Of a DNA stretch of 64,000 nucleotides, positions 17,602 to 27,200 are shown in pieces (position 1 is the stretch's first letter; each line of letters begins with the position of its first letter). The notes under the pieces are model-generated. The model was not told the origin of the DNA, ran no database searches, and saw only the letters and a program-made list of their open reading frames with translations. Made by a program: the position numbers and the translations under genes. Where the stretch lies: contig MEXN01000007.1 of assembly GCA_001773695.1 (NCBI GenBank), forward strand, positions 47,388 through 111,387. Reading direction: 5' to 3'. This DNA comes from Candidatus Amesbacteria bacterium RIFCSPLOWO2_01_FULL_48_25. Lineage in GTDB: Bacteria; Patescibacteriota; Microgenomatia; CAZETR01; Amesbacteraceae.

Positions 17602-19347
17602 AACAATTCTTGCATATATTCTCCGAGTGCCTGATCCTAACGACTCCTCCTTGAATATTTTAATACTGCCAATCTCGGCTGTCGAATTTACATGAGGCCC
17701 GCCGCAGAGTTCTTTGGAAAAACCGCCAATTGAATAGACGTTGGCGATATCGGGGTATTTCTCTGGGAAGAAGGCGAGCGCCCCTTCGGCCAGGGCTTGC
17801 TTTTTTTGCATTTCGACTTTGGTCACTGGAATATCCTCAGCTATTTTTTGGTTAATTAACTCTTCCACCTGAATTATTTGTTGATTTGTTAATTTGTCAG
17901 GATGGGAAAAATCAAAACGCAATCTTTCAGCAGTAATATTGCTGCCGGCCTGATGAACGTGATCGCCCAAAACCTGGCGGAGGGCGGCGTGCAACAAGTG
18001 GGTGGCGGTGTGATACTTGGTGGTAATTTCAGACCGGTCCTGCAACCCGCCCTTAAACATGCCCTTGGAGGCAGTACGGGAAAGATCTTGATGTTCTTTT
18101 AATTCTGCCTCGAACTCATTTTCATCAAACTCGATATTTCTTTTCTCGTATAAGTCTTCTATCACCTCTCTTGGGAATCCATAGGATTGATATAAGTCAA
18201 AAGATGGGGCGTTTCCTAGCAGCTTAATTCCAGCTTCGAGAGTTTTATTAAATTTTGTTAACTCATTTTCAATTTCATCAATAATGTCCTTCTTGTTTTT
18301 TAGTAATGTGGGGTATGTGTTTGAATATTCATTTACAAATGCGCTTGTTAGCAACGTGACAATTCCGTTTTCTAAATCACAATTTGCAATTTTTGCGTGT
18401 GCGGCTGCACGTCGTATTAATCGTCTTAACACGTAGCCCTTGTCTTTATTAGATGGAGCAACTCCGCTATCTATAAGAAACATTGCTGCCCTAATGTGGT
18501 CAAGAATAATTCTTAAACCTCTTGAGTCGTCTATAATTTCGTCTTCAAGAACCTTCTTTGCGCTTATAAAAAAGTCTGTTTTAAAAATATCTGGGTCGTT
18601 GTATGCTGCAGCAGTGAGACGTTCTAAGCCCCCACCGAAATCAACATTTTTTTGGGGCAATTCTTTTAAAGACCCGTCGGCTTGTTTCTGGTATTGCATG
18701 AAAACCGAATTGCCGATCTCCAAGAAACGACCGCATTCACAATTGGGATGACATTCACTTCCAAATTTTGGGTCGTGAGGAACTTCGGTAAATTCGTAAA
18801 ATACTTCCGAGTCCGGTCCGCCCGGTTCTCCTGCTGGCATTAAATCTGGGACTCCCGAACGGGACCACCAATTTTTTTTAACTCCGTAATGGAAAATCTT
18901 ATTTTCTGAAATACCGAGTTTTTTCCAAATACCTGCTGATTCATCGTCACGGGGAACTGATACATCGCCTTCGAAAACCGAGACATAGAGCCTATCTTTG
19001 GAGAGACTTACTTCTGAGGTCAAAAATTCGTAAAACCAAGCCAGTTGTTCTTCTTTGAAATAATCGCCCAGAGACCAATTGCCAAGCATTTCAAAAAATG
19101 TGGTATGGCGGTTATCTCCAACCTCCTCGATATCCTGGGTGCGAATGCATTTTTGACTGTTAACAAGCCTGGTTCCGGAGGGATGAGGTTGGCCTAATAA
19201 ATTTAAGACTAGGGGTTGCATGCCACTTGAGGTAAATAATGTCGTGGGGTCGTTTTCGGGGATGAGTGGTGCCGAAGGAATAATTTTGTGTCCCCTGCTC
19301 TCAAAAAATTTCAAGTATTTCTGTCTAATTTCATTAGCTGAAATCAT
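17599..19347 (-). CDS. alaS: Alanine--tRNA ligase (short form lacking the C-terminal C-Ala domain)
   Basis: Catalytic-domain motifs FTSSGMQP, KCIR and DNRHTTFFEMLGNWSLGDYFK. Editing-domain HxxxH and CGGPH are present. The protein ends after the editing domain. Confidence 0.9.
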   Translation of the reverse strand: MISANEIRQKYLKFFESRGHKIIPSAPLIPENDPTTLFTSSGMQPLVLNLLGQPHPSGTRLVNSQKCIRTQDIEEVGDNRHTTFFEMLGNWSLGDYFKEEQLAWFYEFLTSEVSLSKDRLYVSVFEGDVSVPRDDESAGIWKKLGISENKIFHYGVKKNWWSRSGVPDLMPAGEPGGPDSEVFYEFTEVPHDPKFGSECHPNCECGRFLEIGNSVFMQYQKQADGSLKELPQKNVDFGGGLERLTAAAYNDPDIFKTDFFISAKKVLEDEIIDDSRGLRIILDHIRAAMFLIDSGVAPSNKDKGYVLRRLIRRAAAHAKIANCDLENGIVTLLTSAFVNEYSNTYPTLLKNKKDIIDEIENELTKFNKTLEAGIKLLGNAPSFDLYQSYGFPREVIEDLYEKRNIEFDENEFEAELKEHQDLSRTASKGMFKGGLQDRSEITTKYHTATHLLHAALRQVLGDHVHQAGSNITAERLRFDFSHPDKLTNQQIIQVEELINQKIAEDIPVTKVEMQKKQALAEGALAFFPEKYPDIANVYSIGGFSKELCGGPHVNSTAEIGSIKIFKEESLGSGTRRIYARIV

Positions 19348-19383
19348 GGCCTCATTTTATCTTTTGTATTATACTTTAAGCAA

Positions 19384-19755
19384 ATGAGGCTTCGGCTGCT
19401 TCTGATGTTGCTGTTAATTTCAGGATTGGCAATTTTATTCGCTCCGATTCCTCTCATTCTCCAAGAGTCGGCACAATGCATGCCGTGTGAGCTCAATCTT
19501 TCCCCCTCTCAATGTCCCAGATGTCCACAAAAAGGAGACATAGAATGGAAACCATCGTTGGCTCTCATAATTTGGGGTCGGTTAACTAGAACATACCAAG
19601 AAGGTGAAATGGAACGCTCTCCTACCACAGGTAAGAAGGATTGTAATTACAATGGGGTCGATTATAAAGATGGAGAAGGGTTTGGCGCCGATGACGGCTG
19701 TAACGTTTGTTCGTGTGATGATGGTTTTGTGAAGTGCACGTTAATAGCTTGTTAG
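19384..19755 (+). CDS. Secreted cysteine-rich small protein with a VWC-like Cys pattern
   Basis: Signal peptide MRLRLLLMLLLISGLAILFA and 12 Cys. C-terminal block is CNYNGVDYKDGEGFGADDGCNVCSCDDGFVKCTLIAC. Confidence 0.5.
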   Translation: MRLRLLLMLLLISGLAILFAPIPLILQESAQCMPCELNLSPSQCPRCPQKGDIEWKPSLALIIWGRLTRTYQEGEMERSPTTGKKDCNYNGVDYKDGEGFGADDGCNVCSCDDGFVKCTLIAC

Positions 19756-19763
19756 TAAAAATC

Positions 19764-20153
19764 TCACGAATTGAATGGGCTGGAGTGGGAGCGGAGCCAG
19801 GAGGAGATTTCGTCTACAGACAGATTTTCGTTGGCGACTGATACCATGAATTTAACGACTTCTTTTTGGGAAGCCGTAATTTTAACTTTGTTGTACTTGA
19901 GGATAGTGAATGCCGAGACATAAGCTGTGCGTTTGTTGCCATCAACAAAAGGGTGGTTTTTGACTAGGGACTGAATTAGAGCCCCAATTTTTAGAAATAT
20001 GTCTGAATAGAGATCCTCTCCTCCGAAAGTCGCGAAAGGGCGGTGAACGGCTGACTCTAACGTCCCGAGATCCCGCACCCCTGACGAACCGCCGTGTTTC
20101 TTGACCATAGTTTCGTGAAGAGCCAGTATTTGGCGGAGGGAGAGGGTTTTCAC
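19764..20153 (-). CDS. doc: Type II toxin, Doc/Fic family (death-on-curing)
   Basis: Fic motif HPFVDGNKRTA. About 129 aa. Immediately downstream of, and overlapping, the antitoxin gene. Confidence 0.8.
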   Translation of the reverse strand: MKTLSLRQILALHETMVKKHGGSSGVRDLGTLESAVHRPFATFGGEDLYSDIFLKIGALIQSLVKNHPFVDGNKRTAYVSAFTILKYNKVKITASQKEVVKFMVSVANENLSVDEISSWLRSHSSPFNS

Positions 20154-20401
20154 TGAAGTTTGGCTAGTGCATCGAGAGCGTTACCGTAGCGCGCTTCTAC
20201 TTCCCGAATCGCTTCATCTAATTGCCTGTCCGAAATTGCTTCGTACTGAGTAGATTTGGGAAGACGGCTGGAATAAGTAATACTCCCGTTATTATGAGTG
20301 ACTGATATCTTTGAGTTTTTGGTGATTTTGTTCTTAACCACAAAATTCTTGGGAAGAGTAACACCCAAAGAGTTGCCTATTTGAACTACTGATTGGAGCA
20401 T
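20150..20401 (-). CDS. Antitoxin, AbrB/MazE (SpoVT-AbrB) fold, Phd-like partner of Doc
   Basis: IGNSLGVTLPKNF swapped-hairpin motif. 83 aa. 4-nt overlap with doc. Confidence 0.7.
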   Translation of the reverse strand: MLQSVVQIGNSLGVTLPKNFVVKNKITKNSKISVTHNNGSITYSSRLPKSTQYEAISDRQLDEAIREVEARYGNALDALAKLQ

Positions 20402-20403
20402 GG

Positions 20404-20438
20404 TTCTATGTTATAACATGTTATAACTCTTGTCAAGA
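20404..20438 (-). promoter_or_regulatory. Putative autoregulated TA promoter. Minus strand reads TTGACA, 16-nt spacer, TATAAC. Two direct copies of the palindrome GTTATAAC overlap the -10. Transcript is essentially leaderless.
   Basis: GTTATAAC at 20410-20417 and 20420-20427. TTGACA (minus) at 20432-20437. ATG at 20401. Confidence 0.45.
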
Positions 20439-20753
20439 GGGGTGGAGGGGAGTGTGGGAACGGTGGAAGAAACGGCGGGGGTGGGCCGGTGTAGAAATTA
20501 CTCTATCGGGAGTGGAATTTACAATTTCGTCCTGGGTTTCGTTAACCAATTTTTTTACTTCCGTGAAGAAATTGCCTATGTTTACCTCCCCCCGGTGGGC
20601 AATAGTGGGGTGGCGGTCGAGATATTGGTTGAGGTGACGGAGGGTTTGGCGAAACTCGTGAATTAAATGAAAAACTTGGAGGGCGGCGAATGCCAGAAGA
20701 AAAGTCAGAGTACAGACAACGACGACTAGAAGTAATTGGATAGCGTTGGCCAT
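20433..20753 (-). CDS. Hypothetical small membrane protein
   Basis: 106 aa with an N-terminal TM helix. Its 3' end overlaps the TA promoter region. Confidence 0.3.
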   Translation of the reverse strand: MANAIQLLLVVVVCTLTFLLAFAALQVFHLIHEFRQTLRHLNQYLDRHPTIAHRGEVNIGNFFTEVKKLVNETQDEIVNSTPDRVISTPAHPRRFFHRSHTPLHPS

Positions 20754-20758
20754 GTGAA

Positions 20759-21394
20759 TTATTGTACTCTACTGATTGTCCGGGTGATAGAAGTGGACTT
20801 GCCGGATTTGGCGGTGGAGGTGACGACAATGGTATTGAGCCCTGGTTCTAAGGGTAGGCGGAGGTAAAACTGGCCGCCTTTCTCCAGAGCAACTAGTTGG
20901 CGATTTACAGAGATAGTGGCTTCGGGATCGGTGACCCCGGTAATTTCTACCGTCGCCTCACCGGTCGTGGCGCCAGGCTGCGGTTGGGAGATGGTCAGAG
21001 GCGGAGGACCGGTAAGAAGACGGTACTGATAAATCAGATAAACGCCAAAGAAGGCGAATATTAAACAGACGATGGCTGTGATGGTGGTTTTGGGAGTCCA
21101 GAAATCGGGACGGCTAACCGGCTCGGCCATACCGCGGGGGACTATTTGGCCTTGCGGATTTTCGACAAAGTCCCTTCTGAAGACGGCCAAGAGATGATCT
21201 GGATTCAGGTTTAAGTACTCGCTGTAGTTTCTGATAAACCCCCGGGCAACGGCGCCTGAAGGTAATGCCCGGTAGTCGTCCGATTCGATACTTTTTATAA
21301 AATGAGGGCGGATTTTGGTGACTCTGGCCACATCTTCCAATTCTAGTTTTTTACTGACCCGAGTCGCGCTTAGAATTTGACCAGCGGTTTTCAT
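20759..21394 (-). CDS. rodZ: RodZ-like protein (HTH domain, TM segment, C-terminal domain)
   Basis: N-terminal XRE-like HTH ILSATRVSKKLELEDVARVTKIRPHFIKSIE. One TM segment. Pro-rich linker. C-terminal beta domain. Confidence 0.6.
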   Translation of the reverse strand: MKTAGQILSATRVSKKLELEDVARVTKIRPHFIKSIESDDYRALPSGAVARGFIRNYSEYLNLNPDHLLAVFRRDFVENPQGQIVPRGMAEPVSRPDFWTPKTTITAIVCLIFAFFGVYLIYQYRLLTGPPPLTISQPQPGATTGEATVEITGVTDPEATISVNRQLVALEKGGQFYLRLPLEPGLNTIVVTSTAKSGKSTSITRTISRVQ

Positions 21395-21412
21395 CAAATG
21401 AAGAATACCACA

Positions 21413-21450
21413 ACCTCACCCCTGCCCTTCTCCTTACTTTAGGAGGGGGG
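21413..21450 (-). repeat. Conserved junction element, copy 2: ACCTCACCCCTG, CCCTTCTCCT, TACTTT, AGGAGGGGGG. The stop of the upstream 82-aa ORF lies in the loop.
   Basis: Shares the 12-mer ACCTCACCCCTG and the hairpin architecture with copy 1. Confidence 0.8.
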
Positions 21451-21687
21451 CGAGTCGATTGTTTCTCCCAACAACTTTGAAGCACTTGCGCGAATATTTG
21501 CCAGAACGTTTTCTTTTTCATCCGGATTTCTTAAAAAATATAAGGCGTGTCCTCTATTGCCACCTAAAGGTTCGGCTAAAATTGCCTGAATTATTCCAGA
21601 AATATCAAGTAAATCTTTGTGACCAGGAGGAAGAGATGCCTGTTTTTCTCTCAACCTTTCAATAAGCGTTTCCCATTCCGAAGCCAT
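21439..21687 (-). CDS. Hypothetical protein
   Basis: 82-aa ORF. Its stop codon lies inside a conserved hairpin element. Confidence 0.35.
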   Translation of the reverse strand: MASEWETLIERLREKQASLPPGHKDLLDISGIIQAILAEPLGGNRGHALYFLRNPDEKENVLANIRASASKLLGETIDSPPS

Positions 21688-21753
21688 TCTGTCCAGATTT
21701 TACACCTAACCTGGATTCTTCGACTCGCTGCGCTCGCTCAGGGTGACACGTTT

Positions 21754-23898
21754 CTACAATGAAGGTTGTTGGGAGGAGAGGAAGCCCTCGACGTCGGTGA
21801 CTAAGATGTCGCGGGGTTTGGCGCCATCAGTTGGGCCAATTATTCCCACCTGGTGCAACTCGTCCAATATACGGGCAGCCCGGGCATAACCGATCGATAG
21901 TTTGCGCTGTAAAAATGATGCGGAGGCGTTTTGATGCTGGACTATGAGACGAAAGGCATCTACAAACAGGGGGTCTCGGGGTTCGCCATTGGGAGAGATA
22001 AAGGCGGCTCCCGTGGCCCCCCTGTTTAAGGATTTACGACTGCCAAGACCTAAGGGCATATTGGTCACTTCATCAGTGTAGTGAGGAGTAACTCCCTGCT
22101 TTTTGAGAAAATCAATTAAATGGTGGATTTCTTTATCCGAGACAAAGGCACCCTGGATGCGAGAGGGCTTTGCCTGGTCGGGCGGAATGTATAGCATATC
22201 GCCTCGGCCGAGAAGTTTCTCGGCGCCGGGAGTATCAATAATTACCCGGGAGTCGATCATGGAGGAAACGGCAAAGGCGATGCGGGCGGGAATATTGGCT
22301 TTGATTAGGCCTGTTATTATATCTACTGAGGGACGTTGGGTGGAAATAACCAGGTGAATTCCGGTGGCCCTGGCCATTTGGGCAATTCTGGTTATGGCGT
22401 CCTCTACCTCTACTGGGGCATATAACATGATATCTGCCAGCTCGTCGATGAAAATGACGATATAGGGCAGAGCCTGAAAACCGGATAGTTCATTGTAGGC
22501 TTCTACGTTTCTAACCCCGACTTCGGCGAAAAGTTTGTAGCGGCGATCCATTTCTCCCATGGCCCATTTGAGAGCAGATAGAACTTTGTCCGGTTCGACT
22601 ATTACCGGGGCTAGCAGATGGGGAATTCCGTTATATCCCGTAAGTTCCACCCGCTTGGGGTCGACCATAATGATATTTAACTCTTGGGGACTGGTGCGGA
22701 AAAGCAAGGAAGCGATAAAGGCGTTTATACACACTGACTTACCAGAGCCGGTACTGCCGGCGATGAGGACGTGGGGCATTTTGCTAATATCGGCTACAAC
22801 CGGTGTTCCGGATACGTCCAGGCCTAGGCTGACTGCTAATTTACTTTTGTGATGACGCATGGTGTCGGATTCGAGGATCTTTCGCAGGCTGACGAATTCC
22901 GGAGCCCGGTTGGGGAGTTCAATACCCACCAGTGAGCGACCGGGAATGGGGGCTTCTATCCTGATTTGGCCGGTGGGGGCTGCTAGGGCGAGGGCCAGAT
23001 CAGAGCCAAGGGCGCTAATTTTGGACAGTTTGGTGCCGATAGCAACTTCCAGGGCGTATTGAGTGACAGCTGGGCCGAAATTGATTTCTAATACCTTGGC
23101 TATAATACCAAACGCCTCAAGTGTCTTTTCGATAACAGCGGCGTTGGTTCTGGGATCTCCCCGGTCGGCTTTACCGGAGATGTTTTCCGAAAGCAGAGAT
23201 AGGGGCGGATAAGTCCAAGGCATGTCTGAAGCGGAAGGGACGCTGGATATGGGAGAAATGCCGGATGGTGATGAAGGCGGGGTATTGGGAAAAACTGGGG
23301 CTGGTTTGGGCTTGTCTATTAGTCCTGTGGTTTTGATCTGGATTGGAGAGGGATTAGTTTTTAAAATTTTGGGCATGGTCGGAAATGCCGGCCGGAGACG
23401 TGAGGGTAAGGACGCAAGAGTGGTGAATATTTTCACAATAAATTGTAAAACATCTTCGAAGGGGATGTTGAACATGATAATTAGGCCGATGGCTAGCCCG
23501 CTTACGAGAAAAATCCCAGCGCCGGGGGGAGAAATAAAAGTCGCCAGACCGGCCCAGAGGAACTGACCCAACATACCCTGGTTGAGTAGCCCAGAAAGGA
23601 CGGCTAAAACGATTAAACTGCCCAGAAGAACGTTGGGTTCGGTTAGGGGAGCCTTAATTTTGGTGAGCATCAGTCCGCCAATAACCAGCGACACGGGGAG
23701 GAGAAAGGCGGAAGCGAGTCCAAGATAAGCAAGGAGAAGGTCGTTTAAAGAGGCCAAGGGTGGACTAGGCCTAGTAAAAGATAACCAAATAAGGGCGGAG
23801 AGAGCGAAGAGAAGTATCGCGACAATGGAATAAAGGGTGGATTTTTTGAGCTTGACCTGATATTTCTTGCGGCCGAGCAGTGACCGTGGGCGAGGCAT
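21754..23898 (-). CDS. ftsK: DNA translocase FtsK/SpoIIIE
   Basis: N-terminal TM helices. Walker A reads GSTGSGKS. FtsK motor and gamma domains follow. Confidence 0.9.
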   Translation of the reverse strand: MPRPRSLLGRKKYQVKLKKSTLYSIVAILLFALSALIWLSFTRPSPPLASLNDLLLAYLGLASAFLLPVSLVIGGLMLTKIKAPLTEPNVLLGSLIVLAVLSGLLNQGMLGQFLWAGLATFISPPGAGIFLVSGLAIGLIIMFNIPFEDVLQFIVKIFTTLASLPSRLRPAFPTMPKILKTNPSPIQIKTTGLIDKPKPAPVFPNTPPSSPSGISPISSVPSASDMPWTYPPLSLLSENISGKADRGDPRTNAAVIEKTLEAFGIIAKVLEINFGPAVTQYALEVAIGTKLSKISALGSDLALALAAPTGQIRIEAPIPGRSLVGIELPNRAPEFVSLRKILESDTMRHHKSKLAVSLGLDVSGTPVVADISKMPHVLIAGSTGSGKSVCINAFIASLLFRTSPQELNIIMVDPKRVELTGYNGIPHLLAPVIVEPDKVLSALKWAMGEMDRRYKLFAEVGVRNVEAYNELSGFQALPYIVIFIDELADIMLYAPVEVEDAITRIAQMARATGIHLVISTQRPSVDIITGLIKANIPARIAFAVSSMIDSRVIIDTPGAEKLLGRGDMLYIPPDQAKPSRIQGAFVSDKEIHHLIDFLKKQGVTPHYTDEVTNMPLGLGSRKSLNRGATGAAFISPNGEPRDPLFVDAFRLIVQHQNASASFLQRKLSIGYARAARILDELHQVGIIGPTDGAKPRDILVTDVEGFLSSQQPSL

Positions 23899-23927
23899 GG
23901 GTTTGATTATACTGCAAACTTGGAGGT

Positions 23928-24311
23928 TTAAGGGGTATTGGGGCGTCTAATCTTTCGTAATCTTCTTTTTACAACGGCCTGGGGTTGTATTGGCTCCCCA
24001 TATAAGACTTTATCCATTAAAGTATCTCTCTCTTCTGCTTCTGCGGAAGTCAGTCCCATTGTTAGGCCGTCTTTAGCCGGTTGATTTTGGGTGTGGAGTT
24101 CCAACAGTCTATCTTTTTCTAATTGTCGAAGGTTTGGTGAATTGGTAATAACAGAAGTCTCTAGGGCTGTTACGGCTTGGGCAACTCGTTGAAGGGCGTC
24201 CAGCCCCTCTTTTAGATCTCCAGCTTCGCTGGCCACTTTGGCGGCATTTAACCCGCCTTTGGCTGCAGCCAAAAAAAATTGTACTTCTTGGGGATTAGTT
24301 GTAAGGGGCAT
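23928..24311 (-). CDS. Hypothetical protein (coiled-coil-like)
   Basis: 127-aa ORF upstream of ftsK. Confidence 0.35.
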   Translation of the reverse strand: MPLTTNPQEVQFFLAAAKGGLNAAKVASEAGDLKEGLDALQRVAQAVTALETSVITNSPNLRQLEKDRLLELHTQNQPAKDGLTMGLTSAEAEERDTLMDKVLYGEPIQPQAVVKRRLRKIRRPNTP

Positions 24312-24319
24312 GGGGCAAA

Positions 24320-25999
24320 TTATACCTCGACAACAATGGGAAGGACCATGGGGCGGCGGTGGGTGCGGTCAAAAAAGAAGCGTTCAAGAGTGTCGACGAT
24401 TATCTGGCGGGCGTAGCGATCCGAGTCTATGTGTCCGGCGTGACGAGTGAAATTGTTTTTAACCTCGTCGGTGGCCCGTTTTAATAAATCCATGTTTTGC
24501 TTGTCAAAAACAAATCCCCGACTGATGAGTTCTAGGTCGATTAGTTTACTAAAGTCGTTTTGGTCGATTTGACTGACGGCGACGACGATACCCTCTTCGG
24601 CCAGGTGTTTACGATCGCGCAGGACCACGTGGCCCACATCCCCAACTCCCAAGCCGTCTACCATGACATTTTTTATCTCAACCGGTTTACCTAGGGCGGC
24701 GCCATCTGCAGACACTTCTATGATCTGATTATAAGCTGGGAGCAAAACCTGGTTTGAGGCCAAACCAGTGGACTGGGCTAAAAGAGAGTATTGGACCATG
24801 TGCCGGTAAGTGCCGCCTATAGGGACGACGTATTGAGGGCGAGTGAGAGCCAGCATGAGCAGTAGATCCTGTCTGGAACCGTGACCGGAGACATGAAGAT
24901 CGTCGGTAATGTTGGAGTAAATTACCGTCGCCCCCAAATGAGAGAGAGTGTCGATAAGGGATTGAACGGCATTTTCGTTGCCGGGGATGTAGTCTGAGGA
25001 AAAGACGATCTTGTCACCGGGTAAAATTTGGGCGTCATGATGATCTCCGACTGCCAACCGCTCCAGAGCGGAACCGGGTTGGGCTTGGGAGCCGGCGACC
25101 AAAAGGCAGAGATTTTTGGGGGGCATACGGCGGATGTTTTTGGGAGAGACAAAGACACTAGGCGGAAAACTTAAATACCCAAGTTTAGCGGCTGCGGTAA
25201 TGTTTCTGTCTATGGATTTACCTAAGATGGCGACTCTGCGGCCATGACGGACGGCGGCCTCAATGGCTTGGCGAAAACGGCTGATGTTGCTGCTCATGGT
25301 AGTCATAATGAATTTTCCCTGACAGTGGGAAATTTCCCGATCAAACATTTCCTCAAGAGACTTTTCTGACGGGGTGTAGCCTTTGCGTTCACTCCCTAAC
25401 GAATCTGACAGAAGAAGTTTTATGCCAAGATTCCCTGCCGCTGCAATCCGACCGACGTCAGGGGCCTGGCCGTCAACAGGCGTGAAATCAAATTTAAAGT
25501 CGGAGCCATGAAAGACGGTTCCTACCGGAGTGGAGATGATGAGGTTGGTAGCGTCGGGAATGGAGTGGGTGACGTGAACTGATTCGACGGTAAATGCCCC
25601 AAGACGGAGGGGTTTTCTGGTTTCCAAGACATTAATTTGGCGGGGCATGTTGGCATATTCAGCCAGTTTTTCCATGACCAGTTGGGCCGTAAGTCGGCTG
25701 CCATAGACAGGGACGTTCCCTAATTGGGGCAAAATATAAGGCAGGGCGCCAGTGTGATCTTCGTGGCCGTGAGTCAGGACCAGGCCTTTTACCCGGCTAA
25801 TATTGGGCTTTAGGTACGAGACGTCGGGGATGAGAATATCAATGCCTAGCATCTCTTCGGAAGGAAAACCCATGCCGCAGTCTACCAGGAGTATGTCTTG
25901 CCCGTACTCGTAGGCAAACATATTGGAGGTGACCCGACCAAAACCGCCGAGAGCGACGATTTTTAGTTTGGGTGAGGGGGCGGAAAATGGAAGTTTCAT
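24320..25999 (-). CDS. rnj: Ribonuclease J (metallo-beta-lactamase/beta-CASP)
   Basis: HxHxDH motif LVLTHGHEDHTGAL. 559 aa with an RNase J architecture. Confidence 0.9.
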   Translation of the reverse strand: MKLPFSAPSPKLKIVALGGFGRVTSNMFAYEYGQDILLVDCGMGFPSEEMLGIDILIPDVSYLKPNISRVKGLVLTHGHEDHTGALPYILPQLGNVPVYGSRLTAQLVMEKLAEYANMPRQINVLETRKPLRLGAFTVESVHVTHSIPDATNLIISTPVGTVFHGSDFKFDFTPVDGQAPDVGRIAAAGNLGIKLLLSDSLGSERKGYTPSEKSLEEMFDREISHCQGKFIMTTMSSNISRFRQAIEAAVRHGRRVAILGKSIDRNITAAAKLGYLSFPPSVFVSPKNIRRMPPKNLCLLVAGSQAQPGSALERLAVGDHHDAQILPGDKIVFSSDYIPGNENAVQSLIDTLSHLGATVIYSNITDDLHVSGHGSRQDLLLMLALTRPQYVVPIGGTYRHMVQYSLLAQSTGLASNQVLLPAYNQIIEVSADGAALGKPVEIKNVMVDGLGVGDVGHVVLRDRKHLAEEGIVVAVSQIDQNDFSKLIDLELISRGFVFDKQNMDLLKRATDEVKNNFTRHAGHIDSDRYARQIIVDTLERFFFDRTHRRPMVLPIVVEV

Positions 26000-26013
26000 G
26001 AGCTCATTTTACA

Positions 26014-26649
26014 TTAAAATAAACTTGTTTGGGCCTGTGGGGGCGGCATTGGTACGATTGGCGAAACTGGGGAGAGCAATGTTTTGAGCTTGTGAAAGTC
26101 GGCTATAAACTCCTGCATCATGGACCCCGCTCGGAGAGCGGCGGCTGGGTGATACATGGGGAAAATAATATATTTAATACCACCAAATTCTACAAATCTG
26201 GATTGGCCGTGAACGCGAGAAATAGTCACATCGGGGATGAATTTGGCCATACTGAAACGACCTAGAGTGCAGATAATTTTGGGCGCTATTATTGATATTT
26301 GCCGGTCCAACCAATCCCGGCAGGCTTCGATCTCAACGGGGGTCGGATCGCGATTGTCGGGAGGCCTGAATTTGACAATATTAGTTATATAAACGTCATC
26401 CCGTTTTAGGTTCATGACTTCGGCTAGAGTTTTTTCGAGCAATTTGCCAGCTTGGCCTACAAAAGGCCGACCCTCCCGGTCTTCGTTAAAACCCGGGGCT
26501 TCACCAATAAACATAATTTTAGTATCGGGATTACCTTCGCCAGGGACGGCGTGAATGGCGTTTTTGGCGATATCAAGGCTTTTGAAATCTCTAATTTCCT
26601 GGGCAACTTTATTTAATTCGTCTATTTTTTCTTGCGTGGTCATAATCAA
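26014..26649 (-). CDS. udg: Uracil-DNA glycosylase, family 4
   Basis: GEAPG motif. FVGQAGKLL. C-terminal HPAAALR. Confidence 0.85.
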   Translation of the reverse strand: MIMTTQEKIDELNKVAQEIRDFKSLDIAKNAIHAVPGEGNPDTKIMFIGEAPGFNEDREGRPFVGQAGKLLEKTLAEVMNLKRDDVYITNIVKFRPPDNRDPTPVEIEACRDWLDRQISIIAPKIICTLGRFSMAKFIPDVTISRVHGQSRFVEFGGIKYIIFPMYHPAAALRAGSMMQEFIADFHKLKTLLSPVSPIVPMPPPQAQTSLF

Positions 26650-27146
26650 AGCTTTCCCGATTGCTTTTGCAACTCAATAACTTGATCGATGGGTTTGGAG
26701 TGAAATTTGACATTGGCATCGTCAGGGAACTTGAGGATCAGTTCAGGATTTATCTCTCTGGATATAGCTTTAGTAATGAAATCAACAAAGGGATATTTGG
26801 CCATAAACTTTTGCAAATCACCGACAACAACTTCTATATGCTCCAATACATTGTTGTAATTGTCACCTTCGGCGGGGGCTAAAATTTCCACAATTGGGAT
26901 GGTGTATTGCTTATATCTCAAAGGAATGTTTAATTTGATATTTGAAACGGGACGATTGCGAATGACTGTTTCCTCTAGCGAAGTTCCGATTTTCTTCAAG
27001 TCACTTGTGAGTTTTTGATAATCTTCAAGGCTTTGTGTGCGATACGCTATGTGATCTATTTGATATTGAGAAATGTCTATTGGGGTGGTAGAAAGATTGG
27101 TAAACACTCGGTCTAAGAATGGTTGGTATTCGTCGTAAAGTTGCAT
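26646..27146 (-). CDS. Hypothetical protein, possibly a VOC/YecM-like metal-binding fold
   Basis: Candidate metal-ligand motifs DHIAYRT and EHIEVVV. Assignment is tentative. Confidence 0.3.
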   Translation of the reverse strand: MQLYDEYQPFLDRVFTNLSTTPIDISQYQIDHIAYRTQSLEDYQKLTSDLKKIGTSLEETVIRNRPVSNIKLNIPLRYKQYTIPIVEILAPAEGDNYNNVLEHIEVVVGDLQKFMAKYPFVDFITKAISREINPELILKFPDDANVKFHSKPIDQVIELQKQSGKL

Positions 27147-27200
27147 CTGATTGGCTGCTTTAATTAATTGAAGTCCTTTGGTGGGTTTGAAAGGGAAGCG

